From positions 1 through 61,345 of IMG/VR virus record IMGVR_UViG_3300036861_000887: a stretch of 61,345 nt of DNA. One strand, given 5' to 3'. Numbering within the stretch: the stretch's first letter is position 1; every line of letters begins with the position of its first letter. The stretch is from a virus. Its lineage: Duplodnaviria > Caudoviricetes. The translations under genes were made by a program, and so were the position numbers. Shown here piece after piece: positions 45,595-55,016 of this stretch. The notes below the pieces were generated by a model that was not told where the DNA came from, made no database searches, and saw only the letters and a list, made by a program, of their open reading frames with translations.

Positions 45595-46126
45595 AGTTCA
45601 GAAAAAACGTAAAAGGATTCGGGGCATCCTCGGGAGGGGTGAATCCTCTGCCAAAGATATTCAATTGGGGTTGTAGCAGGGCGATACACCATCTTTCAAA
45701 CAGCTTGGCCTCTTCTTCAGAGCATTCAAGGTAGGCGAAATCCGTAAAGGCCTTCTCCTCGCTGCGATGTCGGGCAATCCGAGTCATGATATCGGTCGAT
45801 CGTCCAACGTAGACGATGGTCGTGAACGAGAGGAGAAAATAGAGCCCGCAGAGGGGCTTAAAGGGTTGCGCATGGCGACGGATTAACCATTCGACATGCT
45901 CCCGATCAATCGTCTTCAGCGTCAGTGGTCCATAGAGGGCTTCGAGGGGTTTTTTCCCAATACTGTGTAGATCGAGGACGTGGGAGAGCCGTTTTTTGAG
46001 CAAGAGCTGCGCAACAAACTCTGACGTGGAGCCAGAGGACTCCCGATGTTCCTTCCCATTCCGTGAGTAGGCAATCCACCAGATGTTCTTCCGCTGAAAC
46101 ACGCGTCCCTCACCCCGCATCTTCAT
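45554..46126 (-). CDS. Integrase-arm-domain plus GIY-YIG nuclease fusion
   Basis: N-terminus MRGEGRVFQRKNIWWIAYSRNGKEHRESS is paralogous to the integrase N-terminus; C-terminus GLYFL...VYVGRSTDIMTRIARH...E...PQLN. Confidence 0.82.
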   Translation of the reverse strand: MKMRGEGRVFQRKNIWWIAYSRNGKEHRESSGSTSEFVAQLLLKKRLSHVLDLHSIGKKPLEALYGPLTLKTIDREHVEWLIRRHAQPFKPLCGLYFLLSFTTIVYVGRSTDIMTRIARHRSEEKAFTDFAYLECSEEEAKLFERWCIALLQPQLNIFGRGFTPPEDAPNPFTFFLNSDTERTLSDEEVL

Positions 46127-47177
46127 CACTCTCCTTTTGCATATATAGTAACTGTCCCGAAGCGAATGCTTCGAGCCGCCGCATGGCCTCCCGCAAATCC
46201 GCATCACTGACAATATGATACCGATCAAACATACTCCGCGTGGCATGCCCACTGATGGCCATGGCGACTCGCTCCGGAATCCCCGCCTGCACCATGTTCC
46301 GGACGGCCGTCCGGCGCAGATCGTGGAACAGCCGGTAGGGAATGCCCGCCTTGCGTGTGGCCGTCTTCCAGGCGGTGTCAATGTCCCGTACCCGGCGCCC
46401 CTCCCGATGAAAGACGTACGGCACCAGCCGATCCCCAACGGTCCGCTGCGTGGCGCGGTGGTCGATCACTCGGCGCAGGGGGCCATGGAGCGGAATCTGT
46501 CGTCCGCGCCGTGTTTTACTCTGCGCGCTTCGCAGTCGCACCGTCCCTGCCTTGAGATCCACATCCCGCCATTCGAGCGAGAGGATTTCGCCCTTCCGCC
46601 ACCCGGTATAGTACCCAAAGCGCGTGATATCCTGGAGATACGGGGGGAGGTGCGGCAAGAGCCGGTCCAGGTCCGCCGCCTCAAAGAAGCCCTCCCGCAC
46701 ATTGTCCACCGGCAAGCGGCGGATGTGGGGCACACGCAGCACCTGTTGCCGCCGATAGCCGAGCTTCAGGGCTTGTCCCAGGAGTCCGGTGCGCCGGTTC
46801 ACGCTGGCTGGTGCGGCCCCAGCCGCGCGCTGCGCCTGCACGAAGCGGTCAATGACTGTTTCCGTGACGTCCTGGGCGCGCATGGTGCCACAGAACGCCG
46901 TCACATGGGCCAGGTGGGACTGGATATGCCGGAGACTGGCGACATTGCGGAGCGCCAGGTCGGTGACCAGGGCCTCCAGCAGGGTGCTGAGGCGCACCGT
47001 CCGGCTGCCCGCACTGGGCAACGTCCCCTGGTCGCGTTGGGCTAATCGCTGGGTGAGGAGCATCCGGGCCTCACTGCGCCGGGGCGACCGGCTGCTTTCT
47101 CGGGATTCCTGGCCATTCGAGGAATACGCAATCCACCAGACGGGACCGCGCTTGAAGACACGACCATCGCCGCGCAT
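46110..47177 (-). CDS. int: Tyrosine integrase
   Basis: TGWRKGE, SKT, FHDLRRT, SGHAT and RYHI give the full R-K-H-R-H-Y catalytic set. Confidence 0.95.
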   Translation of the reverse strand: MRGDGRVFKRGPVWWIAYSSNGQESRESSRSPRRSEARMLLTQRLAQRDQGTLPSAGSRTVRLSTLLEALVTDLALRNVASLRHIQSHLAHVTAFCGTMRAQDVTETVIDRFVQAQRAAGAAPASVNRRTGLLGQALKLGYRRQQVLRVPHIRRLPVDNVREGFFEAADLDRLLPHLPPYLQDITRFGYYTGWRKGEILSLEWRDVDLKAGTVRLRSAQSKTRRGRQIPLHGPLRRVIDHRATQRTVGDRLVPYVFHREGRRVRDIDTAWKTATRKAGIPYRLFHDLRRTAVRNMVQAGIPERVAMAISGHATRSMFDRYHIVSDADLREAMRRLEAFASGQLLYMQKESDEDAG

Positions 47178-47204
47178 AGGGTCTTCCTTTCGGGTTTGGG
47201 GAGG

Positions 47205-47540
47205 TTATGCGCGCGCATTATGGGGATCTCCGTTGCGGGAGGCAAGCCACTGCCGCATCCCGGCCTCGGAACAGTACCACCGGTGGCCATCGTGGATGGT
47301 AAACGGCAGCGTGGCCACCCGCTTGTAGAGCCATTTCTGTGTGACACCCAGGTGCCGTGCCGCGTCCGTGACCGTCAAGAGCGTCAGGCTGGCGGGCAGC
47401 GCGTGCGGGAGGAGCAGGAGTTGCACGCCCAGCGCACTCTGGAGCGCTGCAACCAGCGGGACGAGCGCGACCACCTCCTCTCGACTCAGTTCGGGCACGA
47501 GCGTGAGGAGCCGGTGCACCTGCTGCTGGGGCGTGTCCAT
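47205..47540 (-). CDS. Excisionase-like HTH_17 protein
   Basis: LLTVTDAARHLGVTQKWLYKR; directly upstream of int. Confidence 0.75.
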   Translation of the reverse strand: MDTPQQQVHRLLTLVPELSREEVVALVPLVAALQSALGVQLLLLPHALPASLTLLTVTDAARHLGVTQKWLYKRVATLPFTIHDGHRWYCSEAGMRQWLASRNGDPHNARA

Positions 47541-48701
47541 TAGTCGTTGGTCCTTCCAAGGTGGCCCGCCAGGACGATGGAGATGCTGCTCGCCCAGCCG
47601 AAACAGCACCCCGCCAGCAGGAGCACCGGGCTACACTCGGTCTCAAAGAGCGACGTCACGTAGCACAGGCCAGCGACGCCATAGAGGCCCCATCCGAGCC
47701 GTCGCAGATTGCGCCAATGCACCGCGCTACATGCCGTACAGGCGCGGGCACCATCGGGCGGCATATGCGGGAGCCCTCCGTGCGGGCAGGGCACCTGCTG
47801 TTGGGGCGTGTCCATCATTGCTCCCCGCGGGCGAGGAATCCCGCCAACCGGCTGGACTCCGCGACCCAGCCGACATTGGTCAGCACCAGCACTACTGTCT
47901 CCCCAACCACCCGGTGCCCGCATACCTCGTAGACGTCGATTCCGTGCCGGGGCGGGGTAAGCCAGCGGATGGCGTAGCGGACCTGACTGCCGACCTGCTG
48001 TGGTGTTTCCACGCGCTACCCCTCCATCTCTCGCCACGTGGCAGGAATGTGGGGTGCGTGCCTCGTCTTGGCATAGACCCAGTCAAACTCGGCGCAGAAG
48101 AGGACGGCCATGGCATTCATCTCCCAGATATTGTGGTAGGCTGTGCGCCGCAGCGCCTGCTCCAGGTAGGCAGCGCGCGCCTCCAGGGGATCCCTGTAGG
48201 CAATCGTGAGGCAGCAGGGCTCCTGGGGCGGGTCAGGCATCATTCCTCCTTGCGGGCGATGACGGCGGCCACCCGTAATGTCTCCAAATCGTCGGCAGTG
48301 AGCCGGTCCCTGCCATAGAGCACCATGACGAGGGTTTGTACGTAGCGCGTGAGTTGTGCGACCTCCACCGCGATCCTCGCCAGGCGTTCCCGCGTCTCTG
48401 TGTCCATTCCTCAGTCCCCTCTCACGGGCCTGGCCGGGTTCCTCTCCAGGTGGTGCCATGCACTGTCACGCCCCGGCACGACCAGGCCCGCTCGCTTACT
48501 CCGGATTGATGAAGATCCCGTCATACTCCACGTCGGCCCCCTCGCCGTGTACCGCCAACGACCGCCCGGCGGGAAACGTGAGCGGGGAGCAGCGCCAGCG
48601 GCCGGGTGGAATAACCACCGCGTCACTTTCCCCATCCCAGACCAGCGGCTGCGTGGCGCCAGTGTCTAGATTTGTTAAGGTGGCGAGCACGTGTTCCATC
48701 C
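47540..48701 (-). other. Run of small coupled ORFs (47540-47818 CxxC plus TM, 47815-48012, 48016-48243 and others)
   Basis: Coupled ORFs with RBSs; three genes in this area share an M(D/E)TPQQ(Q)V start. Confidence 0.55.
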
Positions 48702-48725
48702 CTCGTCCCTCCTCCCCCGTGGGGG

Positions 48726-49112
48726 TTAGTCCTGTGGCCGGATCGATGCCGGCCAGCATTGCAGTTTGGTATGCTCCGTCTTCTCATTAAGCTCCATAGC
48801 ATATTCTGTCGTATTGTTGTACGTATATGAACGTGCGGGGATCATTCTTCCAGGGAGTTGCGACTTGATGAGTAACTCTTTCGTGACATCGTAGGCATGC
48901 TGCATATAGGTCATGCACTCTGGTAACGTATTGAACGCATACCAGGGTCTCCAGGTGCGAGCAGCCCAGTCTTGTTGCTTCGAATACTTCCCAGGGACGT
49001 TCATATCTTTCCCCCACAACACCCACCCGCAGTCTACCGGTACGGGCTGCTGCGCCTGCACCACTGTACCGAGAAGCACCAGCCCTACCACCATGCCAAT
49101 GTATCGCCGCAT
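48726..49112 (-). CDS. Secreted hypothetical protein
   Basis: MRRYIGMVVGLVLLGTVVQA signal peptide; GGAGG RBS; visibly lower GC. Confidence 0.7.
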   Translation of the reverse strand: MRRYIGMVVGLVLLGTVVQAQQPVPVDCGWVLWGKDMNVPGKYSKQQDWAARTWRPWYAFNTLPECMTYMQHAYDVTKELLIKSQLPGRMIPARSYTYNNTTEYAMELNEKTEHTKLQCWPASIRPQD

Positions 49113-49114
49113 GG

Positions 49115-49681
49115 CTATGCCTCCTCGTCTTGAGGAGTGCCATTCCCGTCTTCAGCATCTTTCTTGAGCCAGTCCAGACGCTTTGCTGCGCCTTTGACCG
49201 GGTCATGCCATACCGTTGAGCGGCAGTCATCATAGTTGCACTTCGCTGGACGCTTGTAGGAGTCCATGGGTTTCGTCACCCCAACGGCAACAATCCATTC
49301 GCGATGGCAGACAAAGCAGAAATGCTTCAAGTACCGCCAAGGGGATTTAAGGATGAGTAAGTCCGTGGCGTCTGACACTTTTTCGAGGCCTATCATTTTT
49401 CCTGTCTCTCCCTCTTGACTATCCATAATGGGGATACTATACTCCCCTTCAGGGTTAGTTGTCAAGCGGTCGATTTCTCGTTGCAACGCATGGAGCATAC
49501 GCGTGCCTTCTTCTGTCAGTTGGAGTGGTTCTCTCTCAGGATTTGTGCGCCGCCTGGCAAACCGCCCTTCGCCTGAGAGCTTGAGTGTTTCGCCCAGCAT
49601 GATTTGCAACTGGGCGAGATGCAGTTCAATGGGTCGGGTGTCTTGGGACGGATCATGGAGCCGTCGTTTGCGCTCGGCCAT
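49115..49681 (-). CDS. Hypothetical protein with C-terminal Cys cluster
   Basis: 188 aa; CFVC...CNYDDC; GGAG RBS. Confidence 0.65.
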   Translation of the reverse strand: MAERKRRLHDPSQDTRPIELHLAQLQIMLGETLKLSGEGRFARRRTNPEREPLQLTEEGTRMLHALQREIDRLTTNPEGEYSIPIMDSQEGETGKMIGLEKVSDATDLLILKSPWRYLKHFCFVCHREWIVAVGVTKPMDSYKRPAKCNYDDCRSTVWHDPVKGAAKRLDWLKKDAEDGNGTPQDEEA

Positions 49682-49791
49682 AGAGATCTCCGGTAGCCCG
49701 CACCCGGGACACTTCCCCTGCAGGACGGGTACGGAAAGCTGGGGGAGCGGCTGGGCTGTTTCCTTTGGCGAGTTGGCAGCCCAGCCGACGA

Positions 49792-49974
49792 TTACACGTG
49801 GGGATCATGGGTCCGACAGCAGGATAAGAACCGCTCAACGGCCTCTTCGATTAATGCCTGCAAGGTTTTGTCGTGTTGGGCTAAGCGCACCCGGAGTTCC
49901 TGGTGCGTTGGTCGGTCAACCCAGGCCTGGATATGGGCACGCGCTGGCTTCGGGGGCCGTTCTTGCTCTGTCAC
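49792..49974 (-). CDS. Ribbon-helix-helix regulator
   Basis: AHIQAWVDRPTHQELRVRLAQHDKTLQALIEEAVERFL; GAGGAGG RBS; first gene of the leftward operon. Confidence 0.7.
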   Translation of the reverse strand: MTEQERPPKPARAHIQAWVDRPTHQELRVRLAQHDKTLQALIEEAVERFLSCCRTHDPHV

Positions 49975-50182
49975 CTTGGGTCCTCCTCTCATGGACTCAT
50001 GACTTCATGATGCAACAAGTATACCCCGCACCGCCTGAGCGGGCTAGGGGTAGGAAAGGGGTCGGGTATGCGGATCAATTGGGCTTTTCTGTTCGGTGTG
50101 CCGGTGTGTCTGGTGTTATCGGTGGCCAGCTATGTGGGATTGGTCGTGATTGCGCGCTGGATCTTCAGCTAGGAGCCATGGT

Positions 50183-50935
50183 GTGTCCAATCTGATCCCG
50201 TTCGAGTTCCATGGGCAAGAAGTTCCTGTACATATGGATGACTCGGGGAACCCTTGGTGGAATGCGTCAGAAATTGGGAAGGTGCTGGAGCATAGCAACC
50301 TTGCGATGCTGGTCAAGCGGCTGGACGAAGATGAGAAGGTCCTAAATTCAATTTATACCCCTGGTGGGCCGCAAGATACGTGGTTTGTCAACGAGTCTGG
50401 CCTGTACAACCTCATCATGGGGAGCCGCAAGAAAGAAGCCAAAGCCTTCAAGCGGTGGGTCACCCATGAAGTACTCCCCGCCATCCGGAAGACAGGGAAG
50501 TATGAAGTACCCAAGGTCCATGACCCGGCGCTACAAGCGCTCATCACCATGTCTGAACAGGTGAAAACGCTGGTCGTGGAACTCGATGCCACCCGGCAGG
50601 TTGCGCATGCTGCAGAGGAAAAAGCCGTCCGGGCCGAGACGAAAGCTGATCTGGCCTTGGAAGATGCGCACTATATGACCGTCAAAGAGTTTATTGGCAA
50701 GAACGGGCTGCTGCGGCAATTCCCGGTCCCGCAGCACAGTCGGATCGGCGCGTGGCTGAAGCGGTACTGCCTGCAATACGGCATTCCTATCCGCAGCAGC
50801 CCGGTCCATGGGGAGTCATGGGAGGAGGAGAACAGCTACAAGGTTGATGTGTTTTATGTCTGGCTGAAGTGGGAACAGACAAAGCCGCAGCAGCAGACGT
50901 TGCGGGCGGTGGCACCAGAACGGAAGACGACATGA
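50183..50935 (+). CDS. BRO-N domain antirepressor-like protein
   Basis: SNLIPFEFHG...PWW...TPGGPQ...VNESGLYNLIMGSRKKEAKAFKRWVTHEVLPAIRKTGKY. Confidence 0.92.
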   Translation: MSNLIPFEFHGQEVPVHMDDSGNPWWNASEIGKVLEHSNLAMLVKRLDEDEKVLNSIYTPGGPQDTWFVNESGLYNLIMGSRKKEAKAFKRWVTHEVLPAIRKTGKYEVPKVHDPALQALITMSEQVKTLVVELDATRQVAHAAEEKAVRAETKADLALEDAHYMTVKEFIGKNGLLRQFPVPQHSRIGAWLKRYCLQYGIPIRSSPVHGESWEEENSYKVDVFYVWLKWEQTKPQQQTLRAVAPERKTT

Positions 50936-50944
50936 GGAGCACTA

Positions 50945-51529
50945 ATGACCACTGAGGCGCTACACGGGACGACCTGGACCGAACTCTACCGAAAACGCGA
51001 CACGCTGGCCGCCTACTGGTATACGCGGCAAGGCACCCGCATTCCCTTGGAAGAGTACCAGAGCATGGGCAATGAGGCGCTCGCAGAAGGCCTCGCCACC
51101 TTTGACCCCACGAAAAGTCTGTCGCTGCTGCCCTACGTGACCATCCTGCTGCACAACCGACTGCGCCAGGTGCGGCTGCGGCAGGCGGGGGCAGGCAACC
51201 TCCAGCGCACCAACGGCGCGACGCGGGGCTTGCAGAAGTATCAGACGGACACGCAGGACGCGGCGTGGTGGCCGGTGCATGCCGGCATCACCCGTCCGGT
51301 GGGCGAGGCGCGGGTGTACCTCACCCAGATTCTCGCCTACCTGAAGGCCACCCTCGCCGACGACACCTGGCAGATGTTCGAGCAGCATGTGCACGGCGAC
51401 ACCCTGCGGGAGATCGGGGACGCGCATGGCGTGAGCCTGCGCCGCGTGGATTATCTGTTACGACACGCCCGGCAGGCGCTGTACGCCTGGCAGGGGCAGA
51501 AGGAGCGACGATGTCTGGAGAACTATTAA
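50945..51529 (+). CDS. Sigma70-family sigma factor (regions 2 and 4)
   Basis: EEYQSMGNEALAEGLATFDPTKS and TLREIGDAHGVSLRRV. Confidence 0.75.
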   Translation: MTTEALHGTTWTELYRKRDTLAAYWYTRQGTRIPLEEYQSMGNEALAEGLATFDPTKSLSLLPYVTILLHNRLRQVRLRQAGAGNLQRTNGATRGLQKYQTDTQDAAWWPVHAGITRPVGEARVYLTQILAYLKATLADDTWQMFEQHVHGDTLREIGDAHGVSLRRVDYLLRHARQALYAWQGQKERRCLENY

Positions 51530-51867
51530 CCGTGCGGGAGGCGATGGCGCGGATGGGCGTCACGAAACAGTGCGTGTACCAACGCATCGCGGAGGGGAGC
51601 CTCCCCGCCGTCCGGGTTCGCACTGCGAACCGGCGCTTGCAGGGGCAGCTGATGGTGCCTGCGGCGGCGGTTGAGCGGTTTCGCCAGTGTCCCGAGGACC
51701 TGAGCATTCCGACGGTGGCGCAGCAATGGGGGTGCAGTCACCAGGTTGTGTACCTCCGGGTGATGAGTGGGCGGTTGCCATCGCATCTGCACGGGACGCG
51801 CATGCTGGTGCGGCAGGCGGATGCCGAGCGGCTGGGGCAGGAGTATGCGCGCGGGAAAGGAGCATAA
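51511..51867 (+). CDS. Tandem excisionase-like (HTH_17 x2) DNA-binding protein
   Basis: LLTVREAMARMGVTKQCVYQRIAEGSLPA and LSIPTVAQQWGCSHQVVYLRVMSGRLPS. Confidence 0.8.
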   Translation: MSGELLTVREAMARMGVTKQCVYQRIAEGSLPAVRVRTANRRLQGQLMVPAAAVERFRQCPEDLSIPTVAQQWGCSHQVVYLRVMSGRLPSHLHGTRMLVRQADAERLGQEYARGKGA

Positions 51868-52476
51868 CGCGATGCCAACACCGGCAGAGGTGGGCTTTCA
51901 GATTGCCAATGTCCTCCGGGAGGCGCTGGCCACGGCAGGCGTTGAGGCGACGATGGATGAGTATATCACGGGGTTTATAGGGTACTTTGGCGCCCTGATT
52001 CAGGCGAATGAGCCACCAGAGCGGCAGCAGCTGGCTGCGGGGCGGGCGATCTGTGCCCTGGCGCACCTCTTCGACATGGAGCTGTTGCCAGTGACGGACG
52101 TGCCGGAAGATGCGTCGCAGAACTAAGAGGAGTCAGGCAATGAGCCAGTGGGAGTTGATTGACCGACGGGTGCCAGGGTCGACAGACACGATTGCCGGGA
52201 ATTCGGTGGACAGGGACATGTTCCCCTACGCCCTCCAAGTGCCCGCCCCACCATTTATGCTGGGCAAACTGGGGGCACTGATTCCGCACGACGGCAAGGA
52301 GGAGGCACGGCTGATGCAGTATGCCCCGGAGCTGCTGGCGGTGTGTAAAGCATTCTATGTGGCCTGGCGAAGCCACCGGCGTGAGAAATCGCCTATGACA
52401 GACAACGAATTGACCGAGATTGCCCGGCACTGCGGCCTGGCGATTGTGAAGGCGACAGGGCAATTACCCGACTAAC

Positions 52477-52523
52477 CACCCTGCATCCTGACTGGCTTGG
52501 CGGCAGAGGCAGGATGCAGGGTG
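52477..52523. repeat. Intergenic 14-bp perfect inverted repeat
   Basis: CACCCTGCATCCTG ... CAGGATGCAGGGTG. Confidence 0.75.
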
Positions 52524-52555
52524 ATCACACACTCACGAGACATACGGAGCATGTA

Positions 52556-53194
52556 ATGCACACACGTACCACACCACGACGACTGACACAATCTGCCCAC
52601 CTGGGCACCGCGTTGACCCTGGCCTTGACGCTGCTGGCGACCACCGCCAGTGCGGCCCCGCATTGCCCCCTCGGCATGAAGATTGGGCAGAGCCTCTGGC
52701 ATGCCAGCCATTTCTACCGGACCGAGGTGCTCGATACCAAGTACGGGGATGGCCTGTCCTTATATGTGTACACCAAAAATGTCGGGCCAGGACCCAGCAC
52801 CTGTTCCACCTCGATTGGCGCCTGTGGCTGGACGGGACGGTTACGCCAAGGTCGCATGCACAGCACCCGCTGCCTGCTGTACGAGCAACGGGAGACCGGA
52901 CGCTATACCGTCTGGCAAGTGGGGCAGGGGCCGCACTGCTTCTATCGCTTTGAGTTGTGCCAGTTGCCGAAAGGGGCGGTCCTGCCGGTCAGCACGCGCG
53001 ATGGTGCCGAAGAGGCTGGCGAGGGCAATGAACTCGCGGACGATAGCAACAACCCGGCTGGCCCGGGCGGTATCGATTTTTCCGGCGCCCTGGACCAGGA
53101 GGACCGCAGCAACGCGGACGAGGACGACGTAGCGGGCGAGGAGCAAAGTGAGTCGGCGGATGATGGCGTGGGGAACCCGGGGGGAGAACACTAA
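52556..53194 (+). CDS. Secreted Cys-containing protein with acidic tail
   Basis: LTLALTLLATTASA leader; D/E-rich C-terminus. Confidence 0.6.
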   Translation: MHTRTTPRRLTQSAHLGTALTLALTLLATTASAAPHCPLGMKIGQSLWHASHFYRTEVLDTKYGDGLSLYVYTKNVGPGPSTCSTSIGACGWTGRLRQGRMHSTRCLLYEQRETGRYTVWQVGQGPHCFYRFELCQLPKGAVLPVSTRDGAEEAGEGNELADDSNNPAGPGGIDFSGALDQEDRSNADEDDVAGEEQSESADDGVGNPGGEH

Positions 53195-53198
53195 GGAG

Positions 53199-53519
53199 AT
53201 GCGTGTGGAACAACTCACGAAAGAGCAGGCGATTCGCTTTGCCGCGAGCGGCGCATGGGAAAGCATGTCCCTCATGGACCGCGCCCGCTTCCAACTAGAG
53301 CAAGGCAAGCTCTGTATGCCGTTCGAGGTCTTTCATGCTGCCGTAGAGCATGCTCTTGGGCGCCCGGTCTGGACCCATGAGTTTGCGGACCCGCAGACGT
53401 TGCGCGATGAACTGTATGAGCGCAGTCCAAAAGCGACCATGGCGGAGGTGGTGGCAAAGATTCCCCAGGGCAAGCAGGTCATCATTGCGAAAGTACGCGA
53501 GACAGGCAGCGAACACTAG
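53199..53519 (+). CDS. Conserved phage hypothetical protein
   Basis: LCMPFEVFHAAVEHALGRPVWTHEF motif; AAGGAG RBS. Confidence 0.65.
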   Translation: MRVEQLTKEQAIRFAASGAWESMSLMDRARFQLEQGKLCMPFEVFHAAVEHALGRPVWTHEFADPQTLRDELYERSPKATMAEVVAKIPQGKQVIIAKVRETGSEH

Positions 53520-54255
53520 CTGAGAGGAGGAATGCCCACATGCCACATCTGATCTACCAAGTTGCCTGTGGGGACAAGCATCGATTTGACACAAAGGATG
53601 AGGGGACACGGGTTTTGTTGATCATGCGCAAATACGGACACACCAGATTGTGTGTGGATAAGTGCAACTTCTGTCCTGGCTATCACATCGCCCATAGAGA
53701 CCACTCACCAAGTACCCGTCTCAGAAAAAAGCGATGGCGGGCACGCAAGCGGCTGGCAGCACAGCAGGGGCAGGACGGGAGAGGCGTACACACCCATGAC
53801 GAATAAAATTCGGATCACGCAAAATGACGAGCAATTGTGCGCATATTCAGGCGAGGTGAAAGGTGTCGTCCTTCTGGGCATTGGGGCAAATACCATAGCG
53901 CTCTGCCCAGAATGCGCAGCGGCTGTTGCCCAAGAACTCCTCCGGAAAGCCAGAGGAGGGAACGGGAGTAGCGAACACTAATCGCCCCCGTGGGGGCAAG
54001 GAGGGAGCCAGTGGAGCGACCGACGACGCTCGAGCAGTTACAAGCCCAGCCGGGGATGACCGCGGTGTTTGCCGCACACGAGTTGCGGGTGTCCTGTGAC
54101 GAATGCGGGGCGCAGAACCTGGACGCGACGGCGGGCTTTTACGTGCTGCAAGCCCGCAGCATCTTTCCCGACAGAAACCGGAGGAACCTCCTGCTGACCT
54201 GGGCGATCTGCGAATTGTGTGCGCAGGGCGTGCTGCACGGTGAGGGGGAATAGCG

Positions 54256-54519
54256 ATGCCCACCATCCCTTCCCACTTACCACCGGGCTGGTCCTGGGAG
54301 CCAATGGCGCCAGGGCTTGAGCCAGTCTTGACCTACTATCCGCCTGCTGCGCCACCGGGGACACGGGGCCGCAAGCTGACCGCCGAGCAGGTGTTGGATA
54401 TTCGGCGCAGCAGGCTCCCAGCGGGAGTCTTGGCAGGAGTGTACCGCGTGACTCCCTTCCATATTTGGAGAATTCAGCAGCGGCTCCAGTGGGCGCAGCT
54501 GCGAGGGGAGGGCGAATAG
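54256..54519 (+). CDS. Small HTH protein resembling the C-terminal DNA-binding domain of HNH homing nucleases
   Basis: KLTAEQVLDIRRS...LAGVYRVTPFHIWRI. Confidence 0.6.
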   Translation: MPTIPSHLPPGWSWEPMAPGLEPVLTYYPPAAPPGTRGRKLTAEQVLDIRRSRLPAGVLAGVYRVTPFHIWRIQQRLQWAQLRGEGE

Positions 54520-55016
54520 GCCATGTTCTCCTTTGCTGAACCGTTTTGCTACGACCCGACGGAACCGGAATCGCAGCAGTGGGATACCGTGTATCTCCTG
54601 CTGCTCGAGCGCGAGACGAAGCAGCACTTTATGCGGCTCCTGTTGGCCCTGCCCCAGCACGGGGCCACGGGACCATGCTGGCTGTCGCCGCAAGGGGCGG
54701 TGACGCTGATGTTCAACTGACGAAAGGACGCGGACAGTATGTCTGAAGACCCAATCCGGTATTACACCTCCTGGCATGCATCAGGCAGGACACCCCTCAT
54801 GGTGCAGTTTACGAAAGATATTGACACCCAAAACATGCAAGGGCACGACTACCATCTGATGCGGCGCCGCTATAGTGCGGAAGGTCAGGACCTCTGTGAC
54901 CATCTCATCCGCCACCTGCCCGGTGGCCTGATTGACGCACTCTTTGGGGCGTTGTGTGCCTATAAAGCGAGTGTCTTTGTTGTCTCCCATGTGGAACCAG
55001 AAGAAGGAAAATAGTC

